Below, in pieces: positions 33,175 to 43,459 of a stretch of DNA of 64,000 bases. The DNA is from an uncultured Planctomycetota bacterium (GTDB taxonomy: Bacteria; Planctomycetota; Planctomycetia; Isosphaerales; Isosphaeraceae). The notes beneath the pieces were generated by a model that was not told the DNA's origin, ran no database searches, and saw only the letters and a list, made by a program, of their open reading frames with translations. The stretch is taken from NCBI GenBank assembly GCA_963823665.1, contig CAWGMQ010000004.1, positions 2,016,001 to 2,080,000 of the forward strand, in the 5' to 3' direction. Made by a program: the position numbers and the translations under genes. Numbering within the stretch: the stretch's first letter is position 1; each line of letters opens with the position of its first letter.

Positions 33175-33273
33175 GCACGCGTGACCACCCTCGTGAGAGC
33201 GTGGCTCCGACGGGACGCACGTCCGCCAACCTCGGGCGTGAGCCCGATCTTCATGTCGAAGCGGATCTTCTGA

Positions 33274-34784
33274 TCACTCCGCGGCTTCCAGCACGCTGCG
33301 CTGCGCCTGCGCCCACCGCTCAACATATTCGACCAGCGTTCTGACAAAACACCCCGTCCCGCCCGCGTCGCGCGTGGAGTTTTCATTGTCGCACCAGCTC
33401 GGCCCGGCGATGTCGAGGTGAATCCATGGCGTGGAGCCCACGAACTGCTCCAGAAACTTGGCGGCCGTGGCGGCGCCGCCCCACTTTCCACCCACGTTCT
33501 TGAAGTCGGCGACACTGCTCTTGAGCTGCTCTTTGTAATCGTCATGAAGCGGCAGACGCCAGACCCGTTCGCCGGTCTGCCGGCAGGCGTCCATGAGGTC
33601 TTTGGAAAACGTATCGTCATTGCTGAATAGACCGGCAACCTTGAGCCCAAGCGCCACGATGCAGGCACCGGTGAGCGTGGCCAGATCGAGCACACGCTCG
33701 GGTTGCCGCTCGACCGCATACGCAAGGGCATCGGCCAGGATCAGCCGCCCTTCGGCGTCGGTGTTCATGATCTCCACCGTCTTGCCGTTGCGCATGGTGA
33801 GCACGTCACCCATCTTCATCGCTTTGCCGCCGGTCATGTTCTCGGTCAGGGCGAGGTAGCCCACGACGTTCACCGGCAGGGCAAGCCGGGCAATTGCCTG
33901 CATGGCGGCCGCGACAACCGCAGCTCCGGTCATGTCGCTCTTCATGTCCTCCATCGAAGCAGCCGGTTTCAGGCAAAGACCGCCCGAGTCGAACGTCACT
34001 CCCTTGCCGACGAGCGCAAGGGTCGGCGATTGGCCGCCGCCTGAGTATTCGAGGACCATGAACCGCGCCGGCTCATCGGAGCCTCTAGCCACGCCATCGA
34101 GGCCGCCGAACCGCTCGCCTCGAATCCGGCCTTCGTCCCAGATTTCGACTGCCAGGCCTGCGTCCGAGGCAATCACCTCGATGCGGTCGCACAGACGCGC
34201 GGGTGCCTTATCCCCCGGCGGAGTATTCACCAGGTCTGCGCCAGGTTAACCGCCTCGCCGACAACTTCCGCCCGGCGCAGTGACGCCAGAAAATCCTCGT
34301 CGTTGCCCGCTTTCTCCGGCGCGATCACCAGGCTAAGCGTTTCGAACGCGTGCCGGTTCGCTTCGCTCTTCTTCAATCCTGGTCCGCGGGTGGCAACGAT
34401 CGCCCCTTCGATCAGTGCCTTCGCGATCGTCTCCGGATCGTCCGACTCGGGCAGCACAACGGCCACGGTTTCCCTGCGCTTGCTCGAAAGCCGCTTCGAG
34501 AATGCGTAGCCGGCCGAAAAGGCAGCCCCGGCGTCAAAGCGGGCGCGCGGGCCAAGCCCCACCAGCAGTAAGCTCCGCGCTGCGAGCGCGCCGGCCTCGT
34601 AAAAGGGCGTCAGCTCACCCAGAGATCCCGTCACGTCCTTCTCGGCGATCAGACGCTCGACGATCTCGTACAGCGTTGTTTCCCGTAGTTCAGCGGGGGG
34701 CTCGTTCTCGTCTTCGAAGAATCCCAGAACTAGCCATTGAGCCTCGGCAGAGCCCAGCGACTGACGCAAGAGTGTGATATTCAT
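33274..34784 (-). CDS. pepA: Leucyl aminopeptidase M17 (frameshift near 34235)
   Basis: VGKGVTFDSGG, MKSDMTGAA, NTDAEGRL, DLATLTGA, WIHLDIAG; N-domain LVGLG in the upstream ORF. Confidence 0.92.
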
Positions 34785-34820
34785 CGAGATCGATTGCCTT
34801 GTGCAGGCACGCTCGCCCGC

Positions 34821-35825
34821 TCAGTTACGTTGGGGAACCACTCCGGCCCCGGTGCGGACGGTTTTGGGCTGGGCGCCCTTTGTGGTTCTGCTCGTCTTGT
34901 TCCGATCTTGACCCGGTGACGGTGATGCCCCTGGCGATACGGACGGAGTCGCGACCTTTTTCGCCTCGACTGGTTTCTTGGCGGTGGATCCAACCCGGCC
35001 GGCGGGGGCTTTCTCGTTGTCGCTGGGATAGCCCGGAGCCCACGTTGGGGGAACGATCGTCATCAATTGTTTGGCCGACCAGATTCCGTGGCGCTCGTTT
35101 CCGGGAAAGTAAACGAGTGAATCAGGCGTGAGCGGGTGCTTGAGCTGGTAGCGTGAGGCGAACGCCAGAACCAGCAAGGGCAGCGGAAACTCAGTCGCAC
35201 GCTCCATGTCTCCCAGTCTCACTGGATCCGACAGCTTCAGCCCCGCCGCCCGGTATGCTTTCTCGGTCATTTCAACACAGTACAGCGCCGTATCATCCTC
35301 GCCCAGCTCGTAATCGAACGGAAGCTGTTCCTCGTACACCTTGTGAAGGTAGGCCATCACCTTGGGGATGGCGTCCTTGTACTCCGGCTTGACCCGTTTG
35401 ACTCCGAAGTCGCCCACATTATCCAGAACCCACACATAGAACGGCTGCCGTGCCACCCCCGTGCGTGTGGTGTCATACACCACGACGCCATCCTCTTCGA
35501 TCGAGGCGATCCCGGTGTGTGAGAACTGGCTATTACTACACTTGGCAAGAAAGCGGCTGATTTTGAAGTATCCATGCGCCAACCGGGCATCGCCCATCCG
35601 GAACAGAACGTCACCGGTCTTGAGATGCTGCCGGCCCCACTGGTCCCAGCGCGCCATGTGGGGAGTGAGAACAATCGGCGCCATCCGCCCCTCTTGTCGA
35701 GCCTTGGTCGCCTCGGGTCCGTAGTAGTTTCCCTGAAAGCCTGGAGGGACCAGGCGTTCGCTCATCTCGGCTTCATGCGGAGGGTTGAGAAGCAGGGCAA
35801 CAATCCATCCTAAGATTCCGCTCAT
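34821..35825 (-). CDS. YiiX/YebB-like permuted papain (NlpC/P60) hydrolase
   Basis: LKTGDVLFR, FSHTGI (His) before LYCVE (Cys), PFDY; low-complexity C-terminal tail. Confidence 0.8.
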   Translation of the reverse strand: MSGILGWIVALLLNPPHEAEMSERLVPPGFQGNYYGPEATKARQEGRMAPIVLTPHMARWDQWGRQHLKTGDVLFRMGDARLAHGYFKISRFLAKCSNSQFSHTGIASIEEDGVVVYDTTRTGVARQPFYVWVLDNVGDFGVKRVKPEYKDAIPKVMAYLHKVYEEQLPFDYELGEDDTALYCVEMTEKAYRAAGLKLSDPVRLGDMERATEFPLPLLVLAFASRYQLKHPLTPDSLVYFPGNERHGIWSAKQLMTIVPPTWAPGYPSDNEKAPAGRVGSTAKKPVEAKKVATPSVSPGASPSPGQDRNKTSRTTKGAQPKTVRTGAGVVPQRN

Positions 35826-36327
35826 GTCGGGTTCGCCTCGATCAATGCTCGTGCGCTACTCGGTGGATTCCCAGGCTTTGGTCCAAAGCCTTCGATCAAC
35901 CCGAAATAACAATCGGTCGCAGACGTCCCAGGAATAACGGGTCTACCCCACGAATCCCAGCGAGTAACCCAGCAGTTGCAGTCACTTGGAAGTAAAACGG
36001 GTGATCATTATAACCCTCCCATCTCCGCAATTTCACCAAAAAAACCCCGCCGGCCGAGCTCTTACAAACGAAAAACTTCGTTCACGCGTTTCTGCTCGAA
36101 TGTTCACGAAAGTGGATCCGGTTTTGCGATCCGGTGGTTCGAGGTCAGACTGCTTCAACTGAGCGTTCGGGACACGTGCATGCGGGCAAAAGCTGGGCCA
36201 AATAGAATGCCTGGAGCGAGCGTAACCATCTTGGCCGCAATGTTTTCGTTCCCGTTTCGTTGAGACAATGCGAGCAACAACACGTAACCGCGTATCAGGT
36301 CCGTTGTTGATTGGGCTCGAAAGGCGC

Positions 36328-36381
36328 AAAAAAAAAATCGGGATGAGGGCACTCGTCTGAGCGAGTCGCAATCATCCCGAT
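36328..36381 (-). terminator. Rho-independent terminator-like hairpin downstream of the BON gene
   Basis: ATCGGGATGA...TCATCCCGAT stem with inner ACTCG/CGAGT pairing, followed by a T10 run on the minus strand. Confidence 0.7.
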
Positions 36382-36455
36382 AGAAGTCGCGGCAGTTTGG
36401 CAAAATTCGCGAAAGTTTTCCTCTTAGCAGAGATAGGGGTTTCAGCGCGTTGGAA

Positions 36456-37019
36456 TCAGTTCCGCTCAATGGTCGTCTTGGGTGCTTTGGTCGTCGTGGG
36501 TTCGGTGGTCGTCGCCTTGGGCTCTGCGGACGATTCGGGGGTCGTCGCGTTGGTATCGGGTGAAATGACGTGGAGCTGAGCGACGACGCGGGTGACGCCG
36601 ACTGTGTCTTTTGTGAGCGAGATCACCTTCGCCTTGGCGGCGTCGTCTGGAACGGTGCCGCGAATGGTGACGGTACCCCCCTCAGCCTTCACGACGAAAC
36701 GGCTTGTGTGCAGCATCTTGTCCCAATGAAGTCTGCCGTAAACTCTGGGTACGAGTCCCATTCCCTGGACAGATTCCTTCGTGCGTGCAAATCCGTCGCG
36801 CACGGAGTCGCCCGTCCGGTTAAGTCCTTCGCGGAAAGTGTCTTCGGCGTCGATCAAGCTTCTTCGGATCGCTCGCCCAAGCTCATCAAGTTTTTCGGCG
36901 GCCTTGACAGCGGCGCCGTCTTGAGGCGGTGGGTCTTGCTGACCGCGGGTCGCCCCTCCCCAGCCGGCCACGCAAAGTGCAACGAGTGCCGCTCCGGTCA
37001 TTCCCAGGATCTTCCGCAT
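36456..37019 (-). CDS. BON domain-containing secreted protein
   Basis: AAAGGAG RBS, signal peptide, GTVTIRGTVPD...DTVGVTRVV. Confidence 0.85.
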   Translation of the reverse strand: MRKILGMTGAALVALCVAGWGGATRGQQDPPPQDGAAVKAAEKLDELGRAIRRSLIDAEDTFREGLNRTGDSVRDGFARTKESVQGMGLVPRVYGRLHWDKMLHTSRFVVKAEGGTVTIRGTVPDDAAKAKVISLTKDTVGVTRVVAQLHVISPDTNATTPESSAEPKATTTEPTTTKAPKTTIERN

Positions 37020-37349
37020 CGCTTGGACTCCTTTCCGGTTGTTGCGAGTGGAGGTGAATCTCGGCAAAGCCGATCAACTGCGGAGTTTAATCAACGACAG
37101 CCATTTCACCGATACCGGTTTTCTTCATTTCCTTTGACGCCGTGGATTATCGGCTGTGTTGATCGAGCAAGGGGGGCGGCATCTCCGCTGCACTCGACCG
37201 ACTCATCGACTTGCGTGCCGCCACGAATCGGCTGGGCGAGGACAGGAAGTCACGGAGCAAGCGAAGTTCCCGATCTCACGCCCGCGCGGACAAATTGAAA
37301 TCCTGGCAACCATGAATAACGAGAAGTCATGACTGGCAGTCGTTACGAA

Positions 37350-37712
37350 TTATTGCGTGTCGTCTAGCGAACCGAACAACTTTCGCGGCGGGAGCCGAAA
37401 TCCCGGCAGAACTTCTCCGCCGGTCAGCGTTTGCTGTTCGGTAAGGACCACAGGCTCGGTGGGTGAAGTGTAGACCGGCACCGTCCGATTTGACGGATCG
37501 ACGAGCCAGACCAATCGGCAGCCAGAAGCAAAGAATTCACGGATTTTTCGCGCCATTTCCCGAGCCGTGTTGCCCTCGCTGAGCACTTCGATGGCGAGAT
37601 CGGGGGCGAGTGGAAGGATTGGAGCGCGAGCGCCGCGGTGATGCTCCAAGCGCGCCCGCGAGACGAAAGACAGGTCGGGAATTCGCACGAGACCCGGAGA
37701 TAACCGGAGCAT
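37350..37712 (-). pseudogene. Uma2 endonuclease, C-terminal fragment
   Basis: VRIPDLSFV, APDLAIEVLS, GCRLVWLVDP, VLPGF; N-terminal part absent. Confidence 0.75.
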
Positions 37713-37801
37713 CCCTCAGGAACTGTTCTTATGGTTGCGAAAACCGTGTATCCAGGCAACTGCAATGGGCTGAATTGTACTGCGCAGCAGCCAGCCTCAT
37801 C

Positions 37802-37816
37802 TGGCATGAAGGATGC
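37802..37816 (+). promoter_or_regulatory. Candidate sigma-54 (-24/-12) promoter
   Basis: TGGCAT-GAAGG-ATGC with correct GG/GC spacing, about 45 nt upstream of a small ORF. Confidence 0.45.
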
Positions 37817-37861
37817 ATAATGTGACTTGCAACTTGCAGCTCAGGATCGGAGGTCACAGCG

Positions 37862-38014
37862 ATGCTCGTCGAATCGAACCTACTTCGAAAGCTGGTGTTA
37901 CTCCTACTGGTGATATTGTTTGTGCTCGCGGTCGAGCTTCTTGTCGCGATGGCCGCGCTGCCGGGCCACCTCCTGCAAAGGAGCCGCCGAGCGACTTATC
38001 GAGGCCTCAAGTAG
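37862..38014 (+). CDS. Small single-pass membrane protein (50 aa), absent from the ORF track
   Basis: GGAGGT RBS 7 nt upstream; MLVESNLLRKLVLLLLVILFVLAVELLVAMAALPGHLLQRSRRATYRGLK. Confidence 0.55.
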   Translation: MLVESNLLRKLVLLLLVILFVLAVELLVAMAALPGHLLQRSRRATYRGLK

Positions 38015-38052
38015 TTATGAAGCAAGGTTCTGTATTGCGATCGCGCTCGGCG

Positions 38053-38330
38053 CTAAGCCCGGGCCAGCGCGTCATCCGTGCGCGATGCCGGCGCGGGCTC
38101 TTCGTGTTCCTGCCACCAGCGGGCGGCGTGCCACTGCGTCCACTGGTCCGCTGCGACGCACTCGGTGAGAGCTTGCTCCAGACTCTGGATATCCTGGAAC
38201 CGGTCCTTCCGGCGCTTGGCCAGGCAGCGGAGGACGACGCGTTCGAGATCAGCAGGCACGCTCATCTCGTGCTTCGTCGGCCAGACCACTTCGTCGCGCG
38301 CGTGAGCGACGACCACGTCAGGCTCGTCCC
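38053..38330 (-). pseudogene. C-terminal fragment of a planctomycete Ser/Thr kinase
   Basis: AHARDEVVWP...VPADLERVVLRCLAK..DRFQ...QW...AARWW; no catalytic N-lobe. Confidence 0.65.
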
Positions 38331-38459
38331 GCCTCGTAAAGCCCTCCCCCCCAAGCATATTGCCGAATGTCCCCCGGGAGAATCGACATCCAGGACACAC
38401 CAGCCCAACGAAATCGGCGATCGTCGAGCCGCAAGCGTGGATGAATCGGCGGCAATCAT

Positions 38460-38542
38460 TACCGGCGGTGGGAATTGAACCCACACGGGGTTACCCCCAG
38501 AGGATTTTAAGTCCTCAGCGTCTGCCATTCCGCCACGCCGGC
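38460..38542 (-). tRNA. tRNA-Leu(TAA)
   Basis: GCCGGCG/CGCCGGT acceptor, GAGGA-CTTAAAA-TCCTC anticodon arm, long variable arm, GGTTCAATTCC; CCA not encoded. Confidence 0.95.
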
Positions 38543-38671
38543 AGGATACGGACTTCGAGGCCAACAAATGGATCGTTCAAGCCGCGGACACTCGACGTGA
38601 TTCTCAAAGCCGACGCGGCAAGAGACAACGCACCCAAACACGGTCCAGGTTTCTGGGCATCTCGGCAAAAA

Positions 38672-38758
38672 CGGAGGGGGTGGGATTCGAACCCACGGTA
38701 GGCTTTCACCTACTACGGTTTTCAAGACCGTCCCAATCGACCACTCTGGCACCCCTCC
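38672..38758 (-). tRNA. tRNA-Ser(TGA)
   Basis: GGAGGGG/CCCCTCC acceptor, ACGGT-CTTGAAA-ACCGT anticodon arm, long variable arm, GGTTCGAATCC, discriminator G. Confidence 0.95.
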
Positions 38759-38832
38759 TCCTGGCGTCGAAGACTTCAAAAAACCCGTACTGCCTGTCGA
38801 TGCGAGCCTTTGGTGGTGTTTTGAAGAGAATC

Positions 38833-38897
38833 GTCAGGCTAAAGCCTGACCTACCACCAACGTTTGAAGCGAATCGTCAGGCTGAAGCCTGACCTAC
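38833..38897 (-). repeat. Two tandem GTAG-type REP palindromes
   Basis: Minus strand GTAG-GTCAGGCT(T/C)-AGCCTGAC type hairpins at 38833-38854 and 38876-38897, within longer direct repeats of about 35 nt. Confidence 0.75.
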
Positions 38898-38903
38898 AAC
38901 GAC

Positions 38904-39302
38904 CTACTGCCCGCTCACCTCGTCCAGGATGTCGTCGGCCACGAAGATCGGCACATCCACCGTCACCGCCAGCGCGATCGCATCACTCGGCCGTGAATCT
39001 ACTTCCACCAGCTCTCCCTCGTGACGGATCCGCAACTTGGCGAAATATGTGTGCTCACGTAATTCGTTGATATAGATGTCCTGTACGTCACCCCCCAGGA
39101 GGTCGATCGTGCTCGCCAGCAAGTCGTGCGTCAGCGGACGCGGTGTCGGCTGGCTCCGTACCCGCCGGTCAATACTCGTTGCTTCGAACAGGCCGATCAC
39201 GATCGGAAACATTCGCTCGCCATCCACCTCTTTCAAAAAGATGATATGCGAGTCGCTCGCCTCGTTGATGATGATGCGCGTGAGCTCCATCTGAACCGCC
39301 AC
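38904..39302 (-). CDS. Bifunctional nuclease family protein (DUF151)
   Basis: FPIVIGLFEA, PRPLTHDLL, DSRPSDAIALA. Confidence 0.9.
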   Translation of the reverse strand: MAVQMELTRIIINEASDSHIIFLKEVDGERMFPIVIGLFEATSIDRRVRSQPTPRPLTHDLLASTIDLLGGDVQDIYINELREHTYFAKLRIRHEGELVEVDSRPSDAIALAVTVDVPIFVADDILDEVSGQ

Positions 39303-39463
39303 GGCGCTACCACCTTTTCTTTTCTCTCAGGCGGGAAGGACGATTTCAGCTCCGCAAACGCGTCACCATCCTCACCGACAACAGGAAAACGAGTGCATGG
39401 CTCCGATCATAGATGACCAGGCGCGAGGCGTCAACGCAACACAGGGCCCGCTCGCGCCCCGGT

Positions 39464-42268
39464 TCAAGCCTCTTGCAACAGGCTGCTTACCGCGGCGTGT
39501 TGCGACTCGAGCTCGGCGAGCTTCGCCCGAGTTTGAGCAACCACTTCTGCCGGTGCCCGCTGCACGTAAGACTCATTGCTCAGCTTCGTCTTGAGCGAGC
39601 CGATTTGCCGCTCGAAGTCGGCCAGCGCCTTGCGCTGCTTGGCGCGCTCGGCCTCATGGTCGATCAAGCCGGCGAGCGGCAGGATGACCTCCACTTCGGG
39701 CAACACCGCCACGGCGCAATCAGCGGGGTGCTCGACCTCGGGCACGATCGTCAGCGAGACAGCGGGCAACAGACTCTTCAAGAACGCCTCGCCCTGCGCC
39801 AGTCTTTGCGCGACCACTCCGCGCGCCACCAGAATCGGCTCGATCCGCGCCTCCTTGGGCACGTTGCGCTCGGCCTTCAGGTTGCGCAGCGCCTTGATCA
39901 CCTCGCACCACAGGCCCACTGTTTCGCGGGCCGTTTCATCCCGGAAGCCAACCGGCTCCGGCCAGGGTGCGATGCAGACGCTCTCTGCGGCGGGCTCGGG
40001 ATGTGATAATCCGCGCTCCGCCGCCAGGGAATTCAAGCCTTGCCACGCCTGTTCCGTCACGAACGGAACGATCGGGTGCAGCAGCCGGCAAAGCGAGTCG
40101 AGCACAGACGCGAGCACACGCTGGGCCTCCGGCTTCGATTGATCGTCGCGCAGCCGCCCCTTCACGAATTCAAGGTACCAGTCGCAGAAATCGCCCCACG
40201 TGAAGTCGCGCAGCCGCCGAGCCGCCTCCGCAAATTGGAACTGCTCGAACAACGCGGTCACCTCCTCGATCGTGCAGTCCAGTCGGTCGAGAATCCAGCG
40301 ATCCTCGATCGCGAGCGTCCGCGGGTTGAGACCGGCTGGCTTGTACCCCTCAAGGTTCATGAGCACAAGCCGGGCGGCGTTCCAGAACTTGTTGGCGAAG
40401 TTGCGGCCTTGTTCGAATCGCTCCGACGTGTTGATCACCCGGCCGTCAGGAAGCTTGAGCGGCTCGACCGGGATCCGCAGGTCCTGCGTTTCCGTCGCGC
40501 CGGAAGCGAGTGTGAACCGAAGGGCGTCGGCGCCGTAGATCTCCATGATGTCGACGGGGTCAACTCCGTTCCCGGCCGACTTCGACATCCGCCGGCCTTT
40601 CCCATCCTGGATGATCGGGTGAATATAGACATCGCGAAACGGCACGTCGCCCCGATTGAACAGACCGAAGATCACCATCCTGGCCACCCACAGGGTGATG
40701 ATGTCGCGGGCCGTCGAGAGCACGCTGGTCGGATAGAACTTCTTGAGCTCCGCGGTCTCTTCCGGCCATCCCAGAGTGGAGTGCGGCCAGAGTGCCGAGC
40801 TGAACCACGTATCGAGAACATCCGGGTCTTGAGCCAGCGTGTGCGCGGAACCAAGCTCGTCGCCGCGCAGGTCGGTTTCACCGCAGACCAGCCAGCCTCC
40901 CGATTCACCCGCGCGCCACACCACGTCACTGCGACCGGCAAACGCCTTCTCCAGCTCCTGCTCGGTGCAGGTGCCACAGTGCCAGATCGGGATCCGATGC
41001 CCCCACCAGAGCTGCCGGCTGATGCACCAATCGCGCTTCTCGCCCAGCCAGTCCAGGTAACTCTTGGAGTAACGAACAGGGTGAACGTTGATGCGCCCGG
41101 AAGTCACTGCGTCCATCGCCTGCTGAGCGAAGCCGGCAGATCCGTCGGGCTCGTCCCCCATGCGCACGAACCACTGGTCCGAGAGGTACGGCTCGATCGG
41201 CGTCTTGCTGCGATCGGAGTGATTGAGGCGAACGGTATACGACTCGACACGCTCGAGAAAACCCGCTTCCTTCAAGTCTTCGACGATTCGCTTGCGCACG
41301 ATCATCCGGTCGAGGCGGGCGTACTTGCCGGCGTTTTCGTTGTAGGTGCCGTCCTGGTTGAGGAGATTGATCATGGGCAGACTATTGCGCACTCCGGCCT
41401 GGTAATCGTTGGGGTCGTGACCGGGGGTCACCTTCACGACGCCGGTGCCGAAGGCAGGGTCCACCAGCAGGCCGTCGGCGATGACTGGAATCTGGCGGCC
41501 GGTCAGCGGCAGCTCGACGTGTTTGCCGATCAAATGCCGGTAGCGTGCATCGTCGGGGTGCACGGCCACGGCCGTATCGCCGAGCATGGTCTCGGGCCGG
41601 GTTGTGGCAATGTGCAAGACTTCGCCCGCGGCCGAGCCTGCAATCGGGTACTTGATCGTCCAGAGATGGCCCTGGGTTTCTTCGTAGTAGATCTCGTCGT
41701 CGGCGACCGCGGTGCGGAGCTGCGTGTCCCAGTTCACCAGCCGCTTGCCCCGAAAGACCTTGCCGGCCTTGAACAGATTAAAGAACGTACGGCGAACCGC
41801 GCGCGAGCAAACCTCGTCGAGCGTAAAGCGCGTTCGCTCCCAGTCGCACGAGCACCCCAGCAGGCGAAGCTGGCAAAGGATGCGCTTTTCGTATTCGTCC
41901 TTCCAGGCCCAGATGCGCTCGACCAGGGCCTCCCGGCCGAGGTCGTGCCGGTTCTTTTTCTCCTCTTGGAAGAGACGCTTCTCGACCACGGCCTGGGTGG
42001 CGATGCCGGCATGGTCGGTGCCGGGCATCCAGAGTGCGTCGTAGCCCTGCATCCGCCGCCAGCGGATCAGGATGTCCTGCAGGGTGTTGTTGAGGGCATG
42101 CCCCAGATGCAGCGCACCGGTGACGTTCGGCGGCGGAATCACGATGCAATACGGCTTGCGGCTACCCGCCGCATCCGCGTGGAAATACCCTTTGTCCAGC
42201 CAGAACTGGTACCAGCGTTGCTGGGCATCCTGGGGAACGTACTGCTTGGGAAGTTCCGCGAGATTCAT
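39464..42268 (-). CDS. valS: Valine--tRNA ligase
   Basis: PPPNVTGALHLGH, GTDHAGIATQ, WCISRQLWWGH, DVLDTWFSS, RMSKS, C-terminal coiled coil. Confidence 0.97.
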   Translation of the reverse strand: MNLAELPKQYVPQDAQQRWYQFWLDKGYFHADAAGSRKPYCIVIPPPNVTGALHLGHALNNTLQDILIRWRRMQGYDALWMPGTDHAGIATQAVVEKRLFQEEKKNRHDLGREALVERIWAWKDEYEKRILCQLRLLGCSCDWERTRFTLDEVCSRAVRRTFFNLFKAGKVFRGKRLVNWDTQLRTAVADDEIYYEETQGHLWTIKYPIAGSAAGEVLHIATTRPETMLGDTAVAVHPDDARYRHLIGKHVELPLTGRQIPVIADGLLVDPAFGTGVVKVTPGHDPNDYQAGVRNSLPMINLLNQDGTYNENAGKYARLDRMIVRKRIVEDLKEAGFLERVESYTVRLNHSDRSKTPIEPYLSDQWFVRMGDEPDGSAGFAQQAMDAVTSGRINVHPVRYSKSYLDWLGEKRDWCISRQLWWGHRIPIWHCGTCTEQELEKAFAGRSDVVWRAGESGGWLVCGETDLRGDELGSAHTLAQDPDVLDTWFSSALWPHSTLGWPEETAELKKFYPTSVLSTARDIITLWVARMVIFGLFNRGDVPFRDVYIHPIIQDGKGRRMSKSAGNGVDPVDIMEIYGADALRFTLASGATETQDLRIPVEPLKLPDGRVINTSERFEQGRNFANKFWNAARLVLMNLEGYKPAGLNPRTLAIEDRWILDRLDCTIEEVTALFEQFQFAEAARRLRDFTWGDFCDWYLEFVKGRLRDDQSKPEAQRVLASVLDSLCRLLHPIVPFVTEQAWQGLNSLAAERGLSHPEPAAESVCIAPWPEPVGFRDETARETVGLWCEVIKALRNLKAERNVPKEARIEPILVARGVVAQRLAQGEAFLKSLLPAVSLTIVPEVEHPADCAVAVLPEVEVILPLAGLIDHEAERAKQRKALADFERQIGSLKTKLSNESYVQRAPAEVVAQTRAKLAELESQHAAVSSLLQEA

Positions 42269-42415
42269 CGTTTCGGACCTCTGCGGGAATCGGGAATCTT
42301 GCTCACGCGCATCGACGCACAACCGACGCACTCTATTTTCTTCGGAGACCGATTGTCCTCGAAAGGTTCGAGACACGCGCCGGAGTTTGCGTGTCAATTC
42401 CGGCCGCTTCTCCCC

Positions 42416-42922
42416 TCACCAGACGGGCCGCTCGTTGGTGCTCGACTGCAGCGCCTGCACCAGGTAGCTCATCTGGCCAACGTGATTATTCAAATGGGCC
42501 GCACAAACCAGGAAAAGCCCCAGGCGGGTCTCAATGGGCGGCTGGTCTTGCACTGGCATGACAAGCGTCTCATCGTCCTGGTCGGAAAGTGTCTGCGCAA
42601 CCAGCTCGATCGCCTCATGAAACCGCGCGAGCACAATGTCACGCGGATGCCGAACGGGGTCGGTGAACTCGTGCTCGCGATGGCGAGCGTAGCCGGTGCC
42701 GGCGACGAGCGCGCCGATGTAATGGTTCAAATTGCCCGTCAGGTGCAACACCAGGTGGCCGATCGAATTGCCAAACGGAAACGGCTTGGTCCAGAACTGG
42801 TCCTCCGGAACGCTCCGCGCAGCCTTTTCGACCCGGCCGGCCAGATGCCGGAAATACCGGGCGAATTCATCCGAAGTCGTTCGTGCCAGAACGGAGGCTC
42901 TCTGTGCACCAGTCCGACTCAT
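42416..42922 (-). CDS. DinB family protein (DUF1572-like)
   Basis: NSIGHLVLHLTGNL, RHREHEF, HLNNHVGQ. Confidence 0.8.
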   Translation of the reverse strand: MSRTGAQRASVLARTTSDEFARYFRHLAGRVEKAARSVPEDQFWTKPFPFGNSIGHLVLHLTGNLNHYIGALVAGTGYARHREHEFTDPVRHPRDIVLARFHEAIELVAQTLSDQDDETLVMPVQDQPPIETRLGLFLVCAAHLNNHVGQMSYLVQALQSSTNERPVW

Positions 42923-43459
42923 GATTTACATCTCTTTGACAAGACGGCGATGTCGATCTTGCACTACGTGGTTGAACTGGGCCTACCGTGAGCACCCGGT
43001 CGCAAGCGAGAAATCCTTCTCAGGTCGGCCTCTCAACGCAGAATTCTAGCAAATGACCGCGACGCCGCGACAGGTGAGCACCATTCACTCGCGCCGCTCC
43101 GATGTCGCTAAATCCATCAATGCCTGCAATCACACCGTCAACTTCGTCGGCCCGGTATTGCCACGTGGTGCATCGGCTTTCGGACGGCAATAGCTTCCCA
43201 GTCGGGATATCTTATTTGGTTTCTTCAGTTTAGCTAAACCCTCGCGGCAGCAGCATTGAAATGACCGAAATTGTCCGTCCGCGCGGTAGCGTGATTCTGA
43301 ACCAGGCGGGTCATTTCCGAGCGCACTCCGCGGGCCGTTACAGTGGTGCTGCGTTTTTTGAATTCCGAGTTGCTTCGGGTTGCGTAGTGTGATGGAGCAC
43401 GTTACGTTACGTGCATGATTATTCCCGTTTTTCTCGTTATTTGGCGGAGCTTGACAACG

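Noticed and set aside
35849..35862. 14-mer TCGTGCGCTACTCG repeated at about 58445
   Set aside because: A 14-nt match is expected by chance in 64 kb
37257..37271. Sigma-54-like GGGAAC-N5-TTGC upstream of the BON gene
   Set aside because: Weak -24 match and far from the start codon
38819..38897. Direct repeats of about 35 nt as a possible mini-CRISPR
   Set aside because: Only two units, spacer under 10 nt, no cas genes; fits REP elements
40040..42991. 983-aa plus-strand ORF
   Set aside because: Antisense shadow of valS and the DinB gene caused by high-GC codon bias; no motifs
43258..43318. GAAATGACC...GGTCATTTC inverted repeat as a riboswitch or ncRNA
   Set aside because: A single 9-bp stem with no recognisable family motif
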